Positions 41,485 to 51,653 of a stretch of DNA of 64,000 nucleotides are shown one piece after another. The notes under the pieces are model-generated. The model had not been told where the DNA came from, did not search any database, and worked only from the letters and a program-made list of their open reading frames with translations. The stretch lies in NCBI GenBank assembly GCA_012411765.1, contig GCA_012411765.1_3031.1; one strand, 5' to 3'. This stretch comes from a phage. How positions within the stretch are numbered: the first letter of the stretch is position 1; each line of letters opens with the position of its first letter. The translations under genes and the position numbers were made by a program.

Positions 41485-42684
41485 TTTTGTAATAATGTCA
41501 AACTGTTCTTTAAAGCAGAAGCTTGAATCTTGATGCTGATACAAAAATTCATATGCTTTTTCTCGCTCACGGTCATAAAGAGCTCGGTCAGATGACAGTT
41601 CTTTAATACGTTCAAATGTTGATTCCATATCATTTTCATCAAACCAAATGATACCGCTATCATGCGAGGTCAAAGGAGTATTATCAACACGGAATTTTAA
41701 ATTTTCGCCAGTAGATTTCCAAAATACCGGAATTGTTCCACATGCACCAAGCTCGAGATGAGTATATTCTAAAGAGCGCTGTAGATATTTTTTATCCAAC
41801 TTACTCAACTGATAACCAAAACCGGATTTACTCATACGTTCAAGCATTTCGCTATTTACATAACGATCAAGAATTTGCGTTGGTAAATTAGGAGCAATTT
41901 TAATTTGGTCTACTTGATGAAGACGATAATACTCGTATGGAATTCCTTTTTCTTTAATAGGAATGAACGCTGGAGAACGTTCCAGACCTTCCATAATAGT
42001 ACTTAGTCCTGCAGGTTTAAGATGTTTTTCGTGAAAATCAAACATCTGATAAAAACCTTTCCATGTAGTCGTACGACCAATCCAACGGTTAACATTCATG
42101 TTAATTTCAGAAACATCTTTCCAGTAGGTTGACCGAACCTTCGCAATATCCATAGGAGGCTGAAAGTTATATACTGTCGGTGCTTCTTCAATATCATCAA
42201 ACAGAGAAACTGTTTCAGGATACCATTCTTTCATCAGAACTTTATTAAAATCACCATTATCAGAATGGCTAAAAATAACATCAGCTCGACGAACAGTTTC
42301 TTCTAATCCCAAATTTCGGCGCAAAGAAAGAGAAGAATGGTCATGTTGATAAACTACAACACGAACCGAAGGTTTAATGTTATCAATAATTTTTTTATAG
42401 TTATTAATAGTGTCTTCTTCAACTGAAGTAGCAGGAACTGAATTGATAATTAGAATATCACAATCATTTACCAGCTTAAGTGTTTTATCGTATTCTTTTG
42501 CCAATAAAACCGGAATTGAAAATGATTTATAATCATGCGCACAGTTACGAGTAAATGATTTATCTTTGGCATAAACCAAAGTTACTTCATGACCATTTTT
42601 AATAAACCAATCACGTTGCTCAAGAGAAAATTTAGTTACACCGCAACCTTCAAGACCTCGAGCCATAAAAATACATACTTTCAT
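41482..42684 (-). CDS. agt: alpha-glucosyltransferase
   Basis: 400 aa; position after gene 47; matches recalled T4 Agt. Confidence 0.75.
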   Translation of the reverse strand: MKVCIFMARGLEGCGVTKFSLEQRDWFIKNGHEVTLVYAKDKSFTRNCAHDYKSFSIPVLLAKEYDKTLKLVNDCDILIINSVPATSVEEDTINNYKKIIDNIKPSVRVVVYQHDHSSLSLRRNLGLEETVRRADVIFSHSDNGDFNKVLMKEWYPETVSLFDDIEEAPTVYNFQPPMDIAKVRSTYWKDVSEINMNVNRWIGRTTTWKGFYQMFDFHEKHLKPAGLSTIMEGLERSPAFIPIKEKGIPYEYYRLHQVDQIKIAPNLPTQILDRYVNSEMLERMSKSGFGYQLSKLDKKYLQRSLEYTHLELGACGTIPVFWKSTGENLKFRVDNTPLTSHDSGIIWFDENDMESTFERIKELSSDRALYDREREKAYEFLYQHQDSSFCFKEQFDIITK

Positions 42685-42736
42685 TTAATATCCTCATTGT
42701 TTTGGTTTATTTTACCAAAAATTTATAAAGCAATAT

Positions 42737-42752
42737 AGGAGCCGAAGCTCCT
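42737..42752 (-). terminator. hairpin AGGAGC-CGAA-GCTCCT
   Basis: Inverted repeat read directly. Confidence 0.4.
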
Positions 42753-42927
42753 ATCCGCATAATACGCCATACAAAGGCTCATTAGAACTTCTAAATTTTA
42801 TGCGCTTATATGTTATAGTTCCTTCTGCTTTAGCTTTATCATAAGACTCTTTAAAGCGTCTCATCATTTCCTCTTTAGAGGAACGAATTTTATTATAATC
42901 TATTTCAGAAGTCTGGATGTTCATCTT

Positions 42928-43134
42928 TCATAACTGCCACCATTTTTTAACTTGATAAGAATCAACCCACACTTTCATATTAGGGTCTGCTCTTACAATA
43001 GGAGGATTAACTTCTTTAATTGAACTATCATGGTATTCTTTTTCAGAAATTTTCACACAAAGATGACCGTTCAAAGATTCAGTAAATCCTGCATTAATTT
43101 TAAGACGCTTGAATTTTACGTGTGTAAGCATCAA
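42928..43134 (-). CDS. hypothetical protein (68 aa)
   Basis: ORF in array. Confidence 0.35.
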   Translation of the reverse strand: MMLTHVKFKRLKINAGFTESLNGHLCVKISEKEYHDSSIKEVNPPIVRADPNMKVWVDSYQVKKWWQL

Positions 43135-43417
43135 TCATATCCTCAATCTGCGATCTAGTAGTCTTCCAAAGAATACTGATGAGTTCATCGTTATATGGCT
43201 GTTTTAGAATATCCCGACTTTTCTTGATAGCATATTCGTATTGAGCAAAATTATTATTTTCAGCTGCAATCTGAGCGTGCTTATAAAGACGATTCAGTTC
43301 GCGTTTGTTTTTAGACAATAACTTATTTGCTTTTCTTTCTGCTTCAAGACGGTTCTTTTCTTCAATAGAAGAAATAAGCTTTTCCACTTCATCATTAATT
43401 TCGGGTTTATCAGTCAT
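43100..43417 (-). CDS. hypothetical protein (105 aa)
   Basis: ORF in array. Confidence 0.4.
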   Translation of the reverse strand: MTDKPEINDEVEKLISSIEEKNRLEAERKANKLLSKNKRELNRLYKHAQIAAENNNFAQYEYAIKKSRDILKQPYNDELISILWKTTRSQIEDMIDAYTRKIQAS

Positions 43418-43418
43418 A

Positions 43419-43637
43419 TTATTTCTCTAATATAAAATAAAAATCATCATCTGTTAAATGATACCGATAGTTTAATTCTACACCATTAGATTTAAAAGCG
43501 GTATCATACGGATTTTCTGGATCAATATCAATGTCAAGAGCTAAAACTTCCCTGAGATACATTTTAAGTAAATAGGGAATAGCTTCAACTTCAGGTATTT
43601 CTTCCAAGAATCCGGAGAGGTTAATCGTTAGCCTCAT
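43419..43637 (-). CDS. hypothetical protein (72 aa)
   Basis: ORF in array. Confidence 0.4.
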
Positions 43638-44178
43638 ATAAAAAATCCAAACTAGGAGAATCGTCTACAACACTTTTCTTTTCAGCCCCCGGTGTTCTAT
43701 AGGTTGATTCTTCGTAATGCGTCATTTTATCGTAGATGTCTTGAATAAAAGTTTCATCTACTAACGCAACCATATCGTCGTCACGACTGTCATAGACATT
43801 GTGAACGAAGTAACTATATTTCTTTGCAACTTCCTTACGTTCTTTTTTAATACGTTGGACGAATGCATTAAAACAAGCTTGAGTTATATACGCATGTGGG
43901 TTTTTATATTTCGTTTCATCAAAATTGTGAAGCCCCTTAATAGAAGCTTCTATACCATCTGCAATCATTTCTTGTTTCCAAGACTGGGTGTATCCTGAAA
44001 AGTTGAAACGTTTAGATAAGCCTTCTGCAATAAGCATAATGGCTAATCCGATAGTATCATTTTGACGAACTACTTTATTTGGGTCTTTATTATTTGCTAA
44101 TTCTGTTTTCCAATCAATAATAGCTTGTAAAAGCTCTTTATTGTTTACGTAATTATATTTAGGCTTAGTTTCTGACAT
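43621..44178 (-). CDS. 55: late-transcription sigma factor
   Basis: Start [13 protein letters not shown] gives 185 aa; position. Confidence 0.85.
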
Positions 44179-44258
44179 TTTCACCTCTTAGCTCAATTCA
44201 TAGATCTATTATATCATAATATTTGAAGATCTATCTTAAAGCATAGAGGACGAATCAG

Positions 44259-44528
44259 TTATCTAAGTAAACAGTATGCTTGGAACACTTTCTCCATCAT
44301 CTTTTTAAATTCATGAATATCTATATAATGACTAGTTAAATCAGCATGATATAAAAAGTCTAAAAACTTTTCATGTGTGCTAACATATTCACTTTCATTT
44401 AATTCAGAAACATGACTTTCCCAATATCCAACACCAGTCTTATTTGGGAAAAATGAAATTTTCATGTATTGGTCAACATAGAAAATGCCATAATTTTCAA
44501 TAGTAATAGAAATATTAATAAATTTCAT
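44259..44528 (-). CDS. hypothetical protein (89 aa)
   Basis: ORF in array. Confidence 0.4.
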   Translation of the reverse strand: MKFINISITIENYGIFYVDQYMKISFFPNKTGVGYWESHVSELNESEYVSTHEKFLDFLYHADLTSHYIDIHEFKKMMEKVFQAYCLLR

Positions 44529-44740
44529 ACATTCATCAACTTAGCCGCTTCAAGAGCTGCATCTAGTGAATCAAATTGGTCAACATATTCAATTAATTCG
44601 CCGTAATTAGCGTATAACCACCATTGGCTAAATTCATACTCAAGGATGAATCCGTTTCCTTCAATTTGAGTTAAACCAATTCCATTTGTATTTACTTCAT
44701 ACCCAGCAAGACGTAAATCGTTAATAAGAGCTTCGTTCAT
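44525..44740 (-). CDS. hypothetical protein (71 aa)
   Basis: ORF in array. Confidence 0.4.
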   Translation of the reverse strand: MNEALINDLRLAGYEVNTNGIGLTQIEGNGFILEYEFSQWWLYANYGELIEYVDQFDSLDAALEAAKLMNV

Positions 44741-44742
44741 AA

Positions 44743-45069
44743 TTATACCTTAGTAATTTTCAGGTCTGCAAATTTTTTCTTGCGTTGATTTTTCATGCGA
44801 CGAATAGTTTTATCGGAAATTTCATGCTTTTGATAAGCTTTAGATTCTACGCCAAAAGCTTTAACATCAAATTCTGACAAGATATATTGAACCAACAATT
44901 CACGGACAGTATTGCGTCCAATCTTCTGATCATTCTGTTTCATCGTCTGATGAAGCTCTTTTTCCCATTTATCCAAAATTTGAGGAGTTACAATATCGCC
45001 TTTTTCTAGCAAAGAAACTACTTTATCATATGCGTAAGAATTAATGACGTTTTTAATTTGAATAGTCAT
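44743..45069 (-). CDS. hypothetical protein (108 aa)
   Basis: ORF in array. Confidence 0.4.
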   Translation of the reverse strand: MTIQIKNVINSYAYDKVVSLLEKGDIVTPQILDKWEKELHQTMKQNDQKIGRNTVRELLVQYILSEFDVKAFGVESKAYQKHEISDKTIRRMKNQRKKKFADLKITKV

Positions 45070-45107
45070 ACATTATCCTCAATTACGTTAAAATTTTATT
45101 ATCCAAA

Positions 45108-45123
45108 AAGGGCCGAAGCCCTT
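45108..45123 (-). terminator. hairpin AAGGGC-CGAA-GCCCTT
   Basis: Inverted repeat read directly. Confidence 0.45.
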
Positions 45124-45322
45124 AGCTAAACTTTTTGGCACCCTTCCAGCCTTCATACATCATTGCGGCTGATATTAATATTGCTCCTGAGCAACTTGAA
45201 TATTTGTGATTCCAAAACCAGTTCAGAAAAACTTCGTCATCAATACCTTGTGCTATCATATTTTCAAAGAATTGACGACGAGCTTCGGCAATTCGTTGTG
45301 ATAATTTAGATTCAGGATTCAT
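45122..45322 (-). CDS. hypothetical protein (66 aa)
   Basis: ORF in array. Confidence 0.35.
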   Translation of the reverse strand: MNPESKLSQRIAEARRQFFENMIAQGIDDEVFLNWFWNHKYSSCSGAILISAAMMYEGWKGAKKFS

Positions 45323-45538
45323 TTAAATTTCCCAATTGCCATTTTCATCAATAAATTTAATCCAGTCATTTACTGACCACTTGGTCGTATCGCCTTTTGG
45401 AGTAACATTTAAAGTATATAGTCCTTGTTTAAAAAGCATTCGTTTGATATTCATATTTTCCTCAGCTGTAACGATAACACTCGTTTGATTTACGTTTAGC
45501 AACTCGTTGAGAAGTATTATAATCAAAATCATCGTCAA
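45323..45538 (-). CDS. hypothetical protein (71 aa)
   Basis: ORF in array. Confidence 0.35.
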   Translation of the reverse strand: MTMILIIILLNELLNVNQTSVIVTAEENMNIKRMLFKQGLYTLNVTPKGDTTKWSVNDWIKFIDENGNWEI

Positions 45539-45800
45539 TGTAAACTGATTTTTTCAACTTTCTTACTTCACCGCGTAATTGACGATTTAACTCATCTTTA
45601 ACTTCTGAATCAATACCTTTCATTCTACGCCATTTATCTGAGCGAAAAATGTTTTCAACCATATCTTTATGACTTACACCATCAGGAGCTTTACGCTTTC
45701 CAAAATAGTCATAATCACGCACTTTTAAGTCTTTACGACGATACGTTTTACCCATGGAGTTTAATTTCCTTAGCAACTGAACTAAATACAGCACGATCAC
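45462..45800 (-). CDS. hypothetical basic protein (start likely internal)
   Basis: ORF overlaps neighbours; internal Met MGKTYRRKDL. Confidence 0.35.
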   Translation of the reverse strand: MIVLYLVQLLRKLNSMGKTYRRKDLKVRDYDYFGKRKAPDGVSHKDMVENIFRSDKWRRMKGIDSEVKDELNRQLRGEVRKLKKSVYIDDDFDYNTSQRVAKRKSNECYRYS

Positions 45801-46082
45801 AAATCATACGTTTGTTCCATTTAATCACAGTATAATGAACATCTAGATCATCGACTGCTGTAACAATAACGATATGTCCGTTAACACGATAATACTGGTC
45901 AATTTTAATCTCTTTATCAACCATATCAATTCCTCAAAGGTAATTCATATGTTAATAATACCACGGTTTGAACTTGTTGTAAACAACTTTGTGAAAAATA
46001 TTTTAGGGAATGATAAGAAAGGAACGATAGCTCAGAATGGTAATATACAGAATGTGAGAAAGAAAGGCCCAGAGGGCCCGTC

Positions 46083-46406
46083 TTAATCTTCTATGATATC
46101 TCTGTCATATCCAAGTGAAATGAGAGTTTCTTTGAAGTGTTTAATGTTCTTTTGTCTAGAATCATTAATGAAAATGACCGGATAACGAATGTTAAGAGAT
46201 GTGAATCCAGCGCGTTTAGCAAGAGATACAATCAGCGGACGATCATACTCAATCTTACCATTATTTGTAAGAACTTTATAGAAAGTAAAAGGAGCATTGA
46301 GCTCCTTTAGAAGTTTTGTAACTGATTGACATCCAGGACAACGACCTACTTCATCTGGAATTCCATAGACTTCAATCTTATTCTTTAAGTTCGAGTTTTG
46401 TTCCAC
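46083..46406 (-). CDS. nrdH: glutaredoxin-like protein (CPGC), possible GTG start
   Basis: CPGC redox motif; no in-frame ATG near domain start; candidate GTG with AAGGA upstream. Confidence 0.5.
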   Translation of the reverse strand: MEQNSNLKNKIEVYGIPDEVGRCPGCQSVTKLLKELNAPFTFYKVLTNNGKIEYDRPLIVSLAKRAGFTSLNIRYPVIFINDSRQKNIKHFKETLISLGYDRDIIED

Positions 46407-46689
46407 GAGAAATAATTCCTTGGTAAGCCCAATAAGGAGGATTAACAGAATCCTCACCAGAGTTTTCTTCAGGAAAATAAACCTGGATAACGAAGCCGGA
46501 TTCATCAAAGGTAAAATAAACCGTAGGCAGTTCACCTAACAAATCGGCACGAGCGTTGATTTCTTCGAGGTCTTGTTCACGTCCAGCCCAGAAGCTTGGG
46601 TTCAGACTACATTCATAGAAATAATAGTCATTACCGAACATATCAAAACCATTCCAACTCTCTACTACATACCGCTCAAAACTAATCAT
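46378..46689 (-). CDS. hypothetical protein (103 aa)
   Basis: ORF upstream of glutaredoxin-like gene. Confidence 0.4.
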   Translation of the reverse strand: MISFERYVVESWNGFDMFGNDYYFYECSLNPSFWAGREQDLEEINARADLLGELPTVYFTFDESGFVIQVYFPEENSGEDSVNPPYWAYQGIISRGTKLELKE

Positions 46690-46691
46690 AA

Positions 46692-46907
46692 TTAATCCTT
46701 TTTATCAAGAACCGCATTCAGCTTGTTAGTAATTTTATCCAGACGCTCATTGAACTCACTAGAAGATAAGCCCTTTTCTGGAGAAATTAAACTAATCACG
46801 AAAAATATAGCAATAAAAGGAATAAGGAAAATAGCTCCAACTGCCATAAACAGAAAGAATGTTACAGTTGTAAGAAAATCAGCTAAACCTTTACGAAATT
46901 TATACAT
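46692..46907 (-). CDS. small membrane protein (71 aa)
   Basis: Hydrophobic segment. Confidence 0.35.
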   Translation of the reverse strand: MYKFRKGLADFLTTVTFFLFMAVGAIFLIPFIAIFFVISLISPEKGLSSSEFNERLDKITNKLNAVLDKKD

Positions 46908-47022
46908 ATTTTACCCTTAATTGATTAACCAAGCATTGATAAGCACTAAACTATATTGCGAATAAAATTCTGGACCAAAATGAAAAATCATATCATTTAT
47001 AGTATCCATAATGTAATTCAAT

Positions 47023-47493
47023 TTAATCATGTGTCCACACCCCATCGGTATTTGACCAAAGTCGCTGATTATCTGATCCTCGCCACAGCTTTTTAGTCGG
47101 AAGATTTTTCTCATACTTCCCATCAATAATAACATCAACATATTTAAGCATTTCTAGTTGTTTAATATCTTCAAACTTATATCCTGTCCACAACCAAATG
47201 CTTTTATTGGGATAAAGATTTTTAATAGTTTGAACCACAGAGTGAATCACGTCTCTGTTATCAGGATAAAGAGGGTCACCTCCGGTTATAGTTAATCCTT
47301 CTATATAATCATTATTCAAACATTCAATCAATTGTTCTAGTGTTTCACCAGTAAATGGAATACCATTTCTAGCATTCCATGTTGATTTATTATAACACCC
47401 TTCGCATTTATGCAAACAACCTGTAACGAAAAGAACGGCCCTGCATCCAGGGCCATTCACAAAATCACAGGGATAAAATCTATCATAATTCAT
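47023..47493 (-). CDS. nrdG: anaerobic ribonucleotide reductase activating protein (radical SAM)
   Basis: 156 aa; CxxxCxxC cluster motif (CLHKCEGC). Confidence 0.9.
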   Translation of the reverse strand: MNYDRFYPCDFVNGPGCRAVLFVTGCLHKCEGCYNKSTWNARNGIPFTGETLEQLIECLNNDYIEGLTITGGDPLYPDNRDVIHSVVQTIKNLYPNKSIWLWTGYKFEDIKQLEMLKYVDVIIDGKYEKNLPTKKLWRGSDNQRLWSNTDGVWTHD

Positions 47494-49307
47494 TGGTGTT
47501 TAACCCTATGCATGATTTCTTTATTTTTACCGAGATTAAATCCGCGTTCGTTCGGATTTCCCAAATAACCACATGTTCTTCTTATTGTATTCATCTTTTT
47601 AGGATCAGTTTCTCCACAAATAGAACAAACAAATCCGTTTTCAGTAGGAGTCATTTCATGGGTACTTCCGCATGTAAAACATTTATCTACTGGCATATTA
47701 ACACCAAAATAATCTAAATGTTGTGCAGCATAATCCCATACGGCCTCAAGACCTTTTAGATTATTTTTCATATCAGGAAGTTCAACATAAGAAATGTGAC
47801 CACCTGTCGCAATGAAATGATATGGCGCTTCACGAGAAATCTTTTCAAACGGAGTAATATTTTCTTCTACTGAAACATGGAAACTGTTAGTGTACCAGCC
47901 TTTATCGGTAACATCTTTTACACTTCCATATTTTTCTGTATCGAGTTTACAGAAGCGATAACAAAGGTTTTCAGCAGGAGTAGAATATAAACTAAAAGCA
48001 AATCCGGTTATTTCGGTCCACTGTTTAAGATGAGCATTCATCTTAGTTAAAATTTCTTGTCCAATATCACGACCGACAAGAATATTCAATTCGTGAATAC
48101 CAATGTATCCTAGGGACACTGAACTTCTACCATTTTTAAATAACTCAATTATGTCGTCATCAGGTTTAAGACGAACCCCGAATGCACCTTCTTGGTAAAG
48201 AATAGGAGCAACAGTCGCTTTAACTCCTTTTAAGGAACTAATTCTACACATCAAAGCTTCAAAACACAAATCCATTCGTTCATTGAATAATTCAACAAAT
48301 TTCTGTTCATTGAACTGTGTTCCAATATAAGAATCTAACGCAATGCGAGGAAGATTCAGTGTTACAACACCAAGATTATTACGTCCATCAAGAATTTCAT
48401 TGCCAGTCGAATCTTTCCATACGCTCAAGAAACTACGGCAACCCATTGGAGAAACAGGAACAGATGAACCAGTGATAGCTTTATTGTTCTTAGCTGAAAT
48501 AATATCAGGATACATCCTTTTGCTTGCACACTCTAGAGCAAGCTGCTTAATATCATAGTTCGGATCGTCTTTATAAAGATTAACACCTTCTTCAACGAAC
48601 ATAACAAGCTTAGGGAAAATAGGAGTTATCCCATCACGACCAAGACCTTTAATACGATTTTTCAGAATTGCTTTCTGAATCATTCGTTCAGTCCAGTCAG
48701 TTCCCGTACCAAATGTAATTGTTACAAAAGGAGTCTGTCCGTTTGAACTAAAGAGAGTATTTACTTCATATTCATAAGCTTGGAATGCATCGTATACGTC
48801 TTTTTCTGTTTTAGATTGAGCATAATTTAACGCATCAGCGATTTGCCATTTTTCTGCATCCTCAATATGTTTTGCATAGGTGCGTTTAACATAAGGAGAA
48901 AGTACTTTATCTACATTCGCAAAAGTCGTTCCGCCGTATTGGTGAGAAGCAACCTGTGCAGTAATTTGTGCCATAATTGCAGTAGCAACGCCAATTGATT
49001 TAGGAGTTTCAATCTGCGCATTACCTAGCTTAAATCCGTTTTCAAGCATTCCTTTTAAATCTACTAAACAGCAATTAGTAAATGGAAGAGCAGGGGAATA
49101 ATCAATATCATGGAAATGAATAATTCCGCTTTCATGCGCTTTCATAATAAAAGACGGGACCATATTTTTGGCAATGTGTTTAGACACAATACCAGCCATA
49201 AGGTCCCGTTGAGTTGGAAAAACACGAGAATCTTTATTAGCATTCTCGTTTAAAAGGTCTTTATTAGTTTTATGAATCAATCCTTCAATTTCTTTTTCAA
49301 TTGTCAT
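47490..49307 (-). CDS. nrdD: anaerobic ribonucleoside-triphosphate reductase, uninterrupted
   Basis: 605 aa continuous; C-terminal glycyl radical region and Cys cluster. Confidence 0.95.
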   Translation of the reverse strand: MTIEKEIEGLIHKTNKDLLNENANKDSRVFPTQRDLMAGIVSKHIAKNMVPSFIMKAHESGIIHFHDIDYSPALPFTNCCLVDLKGMLENGFKLGNAQIETPKSIGVATAIMAQITAQVASHQYGGTTFANVDKVLSPYVKRTYAKHIEDAEKWQIADALNYAQSKTEKDVYDAFQAYEYEVNTLFSSNGQTPFVTITFGTGTDWTERMIQKAILKNRIKGLGRDGITPIFPKLVMFVEEGVNLYKDDPNYDIKQLALECASKRMYPDIISAKNNKAITGSSVPVSPMGCRSFLSVWKDSTGNEILDGRNNLGVVTLNLPRIALDSYIGTQFNEQKFVELFNERMDLCFEALMCRISSLKGVKATVAPILYQEGAFGVRLKPDDDIIELFKNGRSSVSLGYIGIHELNILVGRDIGQEILTKMNAHLKQWTEITGFAFSLYSTPAENLCYRFCKLDTEKYGSVKDVTDKGWYTNSFHVSVEENITPFEKISREAPYHFIATGGHISYVELPDMKNNLKGLEAVWDYAAQHLDYFGVNMPVDKCFTCGSTHEMTPTENGFVCSICGETDPKKMNTIRRTCGYLGNPNERGFNLGKNKEIMHRVKHQ

Positions 49308-49777
49308 TTTAAACTCTTTCTAAGCTGCTTCTTAAATGAAGCTATTAACTGTGTTTTGGTGTCAGATTCATTATATTCAAATCCTCTTTGAAGCATCTCA
49401 GCCATCATTTCCTCTTTTCCTAAACGAGAAAATTCCTTTGATTTATCTCCAACAAAGTTAGGGTGAATATTATTTTGGGTGTAATCGAATTTTAAATAAG
49501 TAAGTAAATTTTCTAACCATTCAAGATAATCAACACCTTGTCCCTTTAAGCCAGAACGATTAAATTTATGTTTCATTTGACCTTCTACAGCATTGCAGAG
49601 ATTACAAAGCAATCCACGCACCTTTCCTGCTTTTGGTCCATTTAATTCATGGTCATGGTCGAGGTGATTAGCTTGAACATCAGGATTTAGTTCTCGTTGG
49701 CAAATTAAGCATTTACCGTTTTGTGCGTTATAAAATTTCTGTTTTTCTTCTTTATATAATTTGCCAGTCAATAACAT
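49304..49777 (-). CDS. 49: endonuclease VII (Holliday junction resolvase)
   Basis: 157 aa; Cys-rich zinc site; position after nrdD. Confidence 0.85.
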   Translation of the reverse strand: MLLTGKLYKEEKQKFYNAQNGKCLICQRELNPDVQANHLDHDHELNGPKAGKVRGLLCNLCNAVEGQMKHKFNRSGLKGQGVDYLEWLENLLTYLKFDYTQNNIHPNFVGDKSKEFSRLGKEEMMAEMLQRGFEYNESDTKTQLIASFKKQLRKSLK

Positions 49778-49819
49778 AATAAAACCCTTACCTTAAATAG
49801 ATAAGGGTATTTATTATTT

Positions 49820-50305
49820 TCAAGTATTGTAAAACATTTGATTCAATCGCTTATATTGCCGAATCTTTTGGTCAGAAAAAGAAATTTGAGTTTCAAGCCA
49901 TTCAATATATTCTGCCGCAGCTTGCATCAAATTTCCTTCATAGCCATCGTTATTTTCTTGCGCAGCTAATTTAGCTAATGCGTATGAAATACGTTCACCT
50001 TGAAAATCGGCTTTAGGCTTCTGAACAACTTGATTAGTTCTCTCTACAACTTCTTCAATTTCGCCATTTTCTACTGATTCAGTATTCCATAAGCACCAAT
50101 ACGTAATTGGCTTATCGTAGATGTTAATAATCTTTCCATCAGAAAGTTCAATTTCAATAATTCCAGTATCAGGTTCTATATCATCTTCACATTCTTTTGC
50201 AAGTTCACGAACTTTAAAGACAGTACCTGCACTAAGTTCAGGCCAGTAATTACACAGCCCTGTATCAGCACGATTAATTCTAAACCACTTATCTACTGTA
50301 ATCAT
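49820..50305 (-). CDS. pin: Pin-like protease inhibitor
   Basis: Internal start MITVDKWF gives 161 aa; position after gene 49. Confidence 0.5.
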   Translation of the reverse strand: MITVDKWFRINRADTGLCNYWPELSAGTVFKVRELAKECEDDIEPDTGIIEIELSDGKIINIYDKPITYWCLWNTESVENGEIEEVVERTNQVVQKPKADFQGERISYALAKLAAQENNDGYEGNLMQAAAEYIEWLETQISFSDQKIRQYKRLNQMFYNT

Positions 50306-50428
50306 GTCCCATCTCCATATCAATTAAGTCATTTATTGTTGGTTCATTATATACTGTTTCTTCATCAGTGTAAACCGGTTCTTCCGGCTCTGGCTCTACA
50401 GTTTCCCATCTAGCCGCCCACCAAGGTT

Positions 50429-50749
50429 TTATAGTATAATCCATTCTCGTACTGTCTGAGTTACTACACGTTCTCGAAGCTCAACCAGTTCAACGGTAGG
50501 AACTGCATAATACCAGTCAGAATGGTAAGAACCTGAGCGAGATTCATTTACAGCCACATGTACATTATGTTTTGGACTAAAATAAACACACTGACGATAT
50601 TGGCATTTACCATCTTGCACCCAGTCTTCTATTTCGATAGGTTTAAGATAGTCGGAAAAATCGAAATCATAGTTTTCCGAAAATGCATCATGGTCTTCGA
50701 TGATTTCACTCAGAACTGCATCAACATCTAATTTATTTTCAATAGTCAT
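50429..50749 (-). CDS. hypothetical protein (106 aa)
   Basis: ORF in array. Confidence 0.4.
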   Translation of the reverse strand: MTIENKLDVDAVLSEIIEDHDAFSENYDFDFSDYLKPIEIEDWVQDGKCQYRQCVYFSPKHNVHVAVNESRSGSYHSDWYYAVPTVELVELRERVVTQTVREWIIL

Positions 50750-50760
50750 TTTTTCACCAA

Positions 50761-50970
50761 TTAATTTCGCAATTTATTAAGTTCTTCATAATCAATCCAG
50801 GATTCTAATCCTGATGGCAAATCAGATTCAATTTCCCAAAGAAGCTCTTCAATTTTCTGAAGACGATCTAGTTCTTCAGCTGGAATAGTAACCATTGATG
50901 GAGTTCTTGATACACTAATATCGTAAATCATATTTACCCCAGTTTGACCATACAATCGCCGTATTTCCAC
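50761..50970 (-). CDS. hypothetical protein (69 aa)
   Basis: ORF in array. Confidence 0.35.
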   Translation of the reverse strand: MEIRRLYGQTGVNMIYDISVSRTPSMVTIPAEELDRLQKIEELLWEIESDLPSGLESWIDYEELNKLRN

Positions 50971-51149
50971 TTAGAAATAGACTTTTCGCCATTAGAATAA
51001 TAAACTTCAAGTTTAGCACGGTTATTTTTAATTTGAATAACCTTGGCTGTCATCAAAGTTCCATACCCATAATAAACTGCAACTTCATCACCTACATATA
51101 CCGCGTTTCCGCGGTAGTCATGGATATAATCAGTTCCTTCGAGCATCAT
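50934..51149 (-). CDS. hypothetical protein (71 aa)
   Basis: ORF in array. Confidence 0.35.
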   Translation of the reverse strand: MMLEGTDYIHDYRGNAVYVGDEVAVYYGYGTLMTAKVIQIKNNRAKLEVYYSNGEKSISKWKYGDCMVKLG

Positions 51150-51409
51150 TTAAAGTATTCCCGCAATTGGTCAAATCCACCAATATGACTTCCATCAGGA
51201 GCAAATACCTGAGGCATTGTCAAGCCGATTTGAGTATCACGACCTAGTTTAGTCAGAAGCTCAGCAATTTTCTCATCATCAAAAACACCTTTTTCCGGCA
51301 TAATGTTGATAAATTCAAACGGCTGTTTCTTCACGGTCAAAAGACGCTTTGCATTATCGCAATACACGCATTTATGGATGTTGCTATCATAACCATATAC
51401 TTTAAACAT
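51146..51409 (-). CDS. nrdC: thioredoxin/glutaredoxin NrdC
   Basis: 87 aa; CVYC redox motif; matches recalled T4 NrdC. Confidence 0.85.
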   Translation of the reverse strand: MFKVYGYDSNIHKCVYCDNAKRLLTVKKQPFEFINIMPEKGVFDDEKIAELLTKLGRDTQIGLTMPQVFAPDGSHIGGFDQLREYFK

Positions 51410-51410
51410 A

Positions 51411-51653
51411 TTATTCCTTAATTCCTAGTACTTGTTTAAAAGTTTCGTCGTAATCAAGACTTTGGCCCGTTTGTTCTTTATGTTTGTATATAATATCACT
51501 TACTTCTGACAGCATATTTTTATATGAACGAGTTAAAGCAGATTTAAGCACGCTGTATCTATCAGGAAATTTACCATGTTCATTATAATACGCTATTGCT
51601 AATTCACGGACTGCCTTTTCAGCAGTCTCCATATATTCTTTACGCTTTGTCAT
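51411..51653 (-). CDS. hypothetical protein (80 aa from internal Met of track ORF 51411..51812)
   Basis: Internal start [13 protein letters not shown] avoids overlap with zinc-ribbon ORF. Confidence 0.4.

Noticed and set aside
41442-41663. Nested or overlapping minus-strand ORFs 41442..41663, 46917..47141, 21581..21814, 31822..32007, 53682..53873, 39350..39613
   Set aside because: Each is embedded in an alternative frame of a confidently identified gene (agt, nrdG, 56, 43, paralog B, 46).
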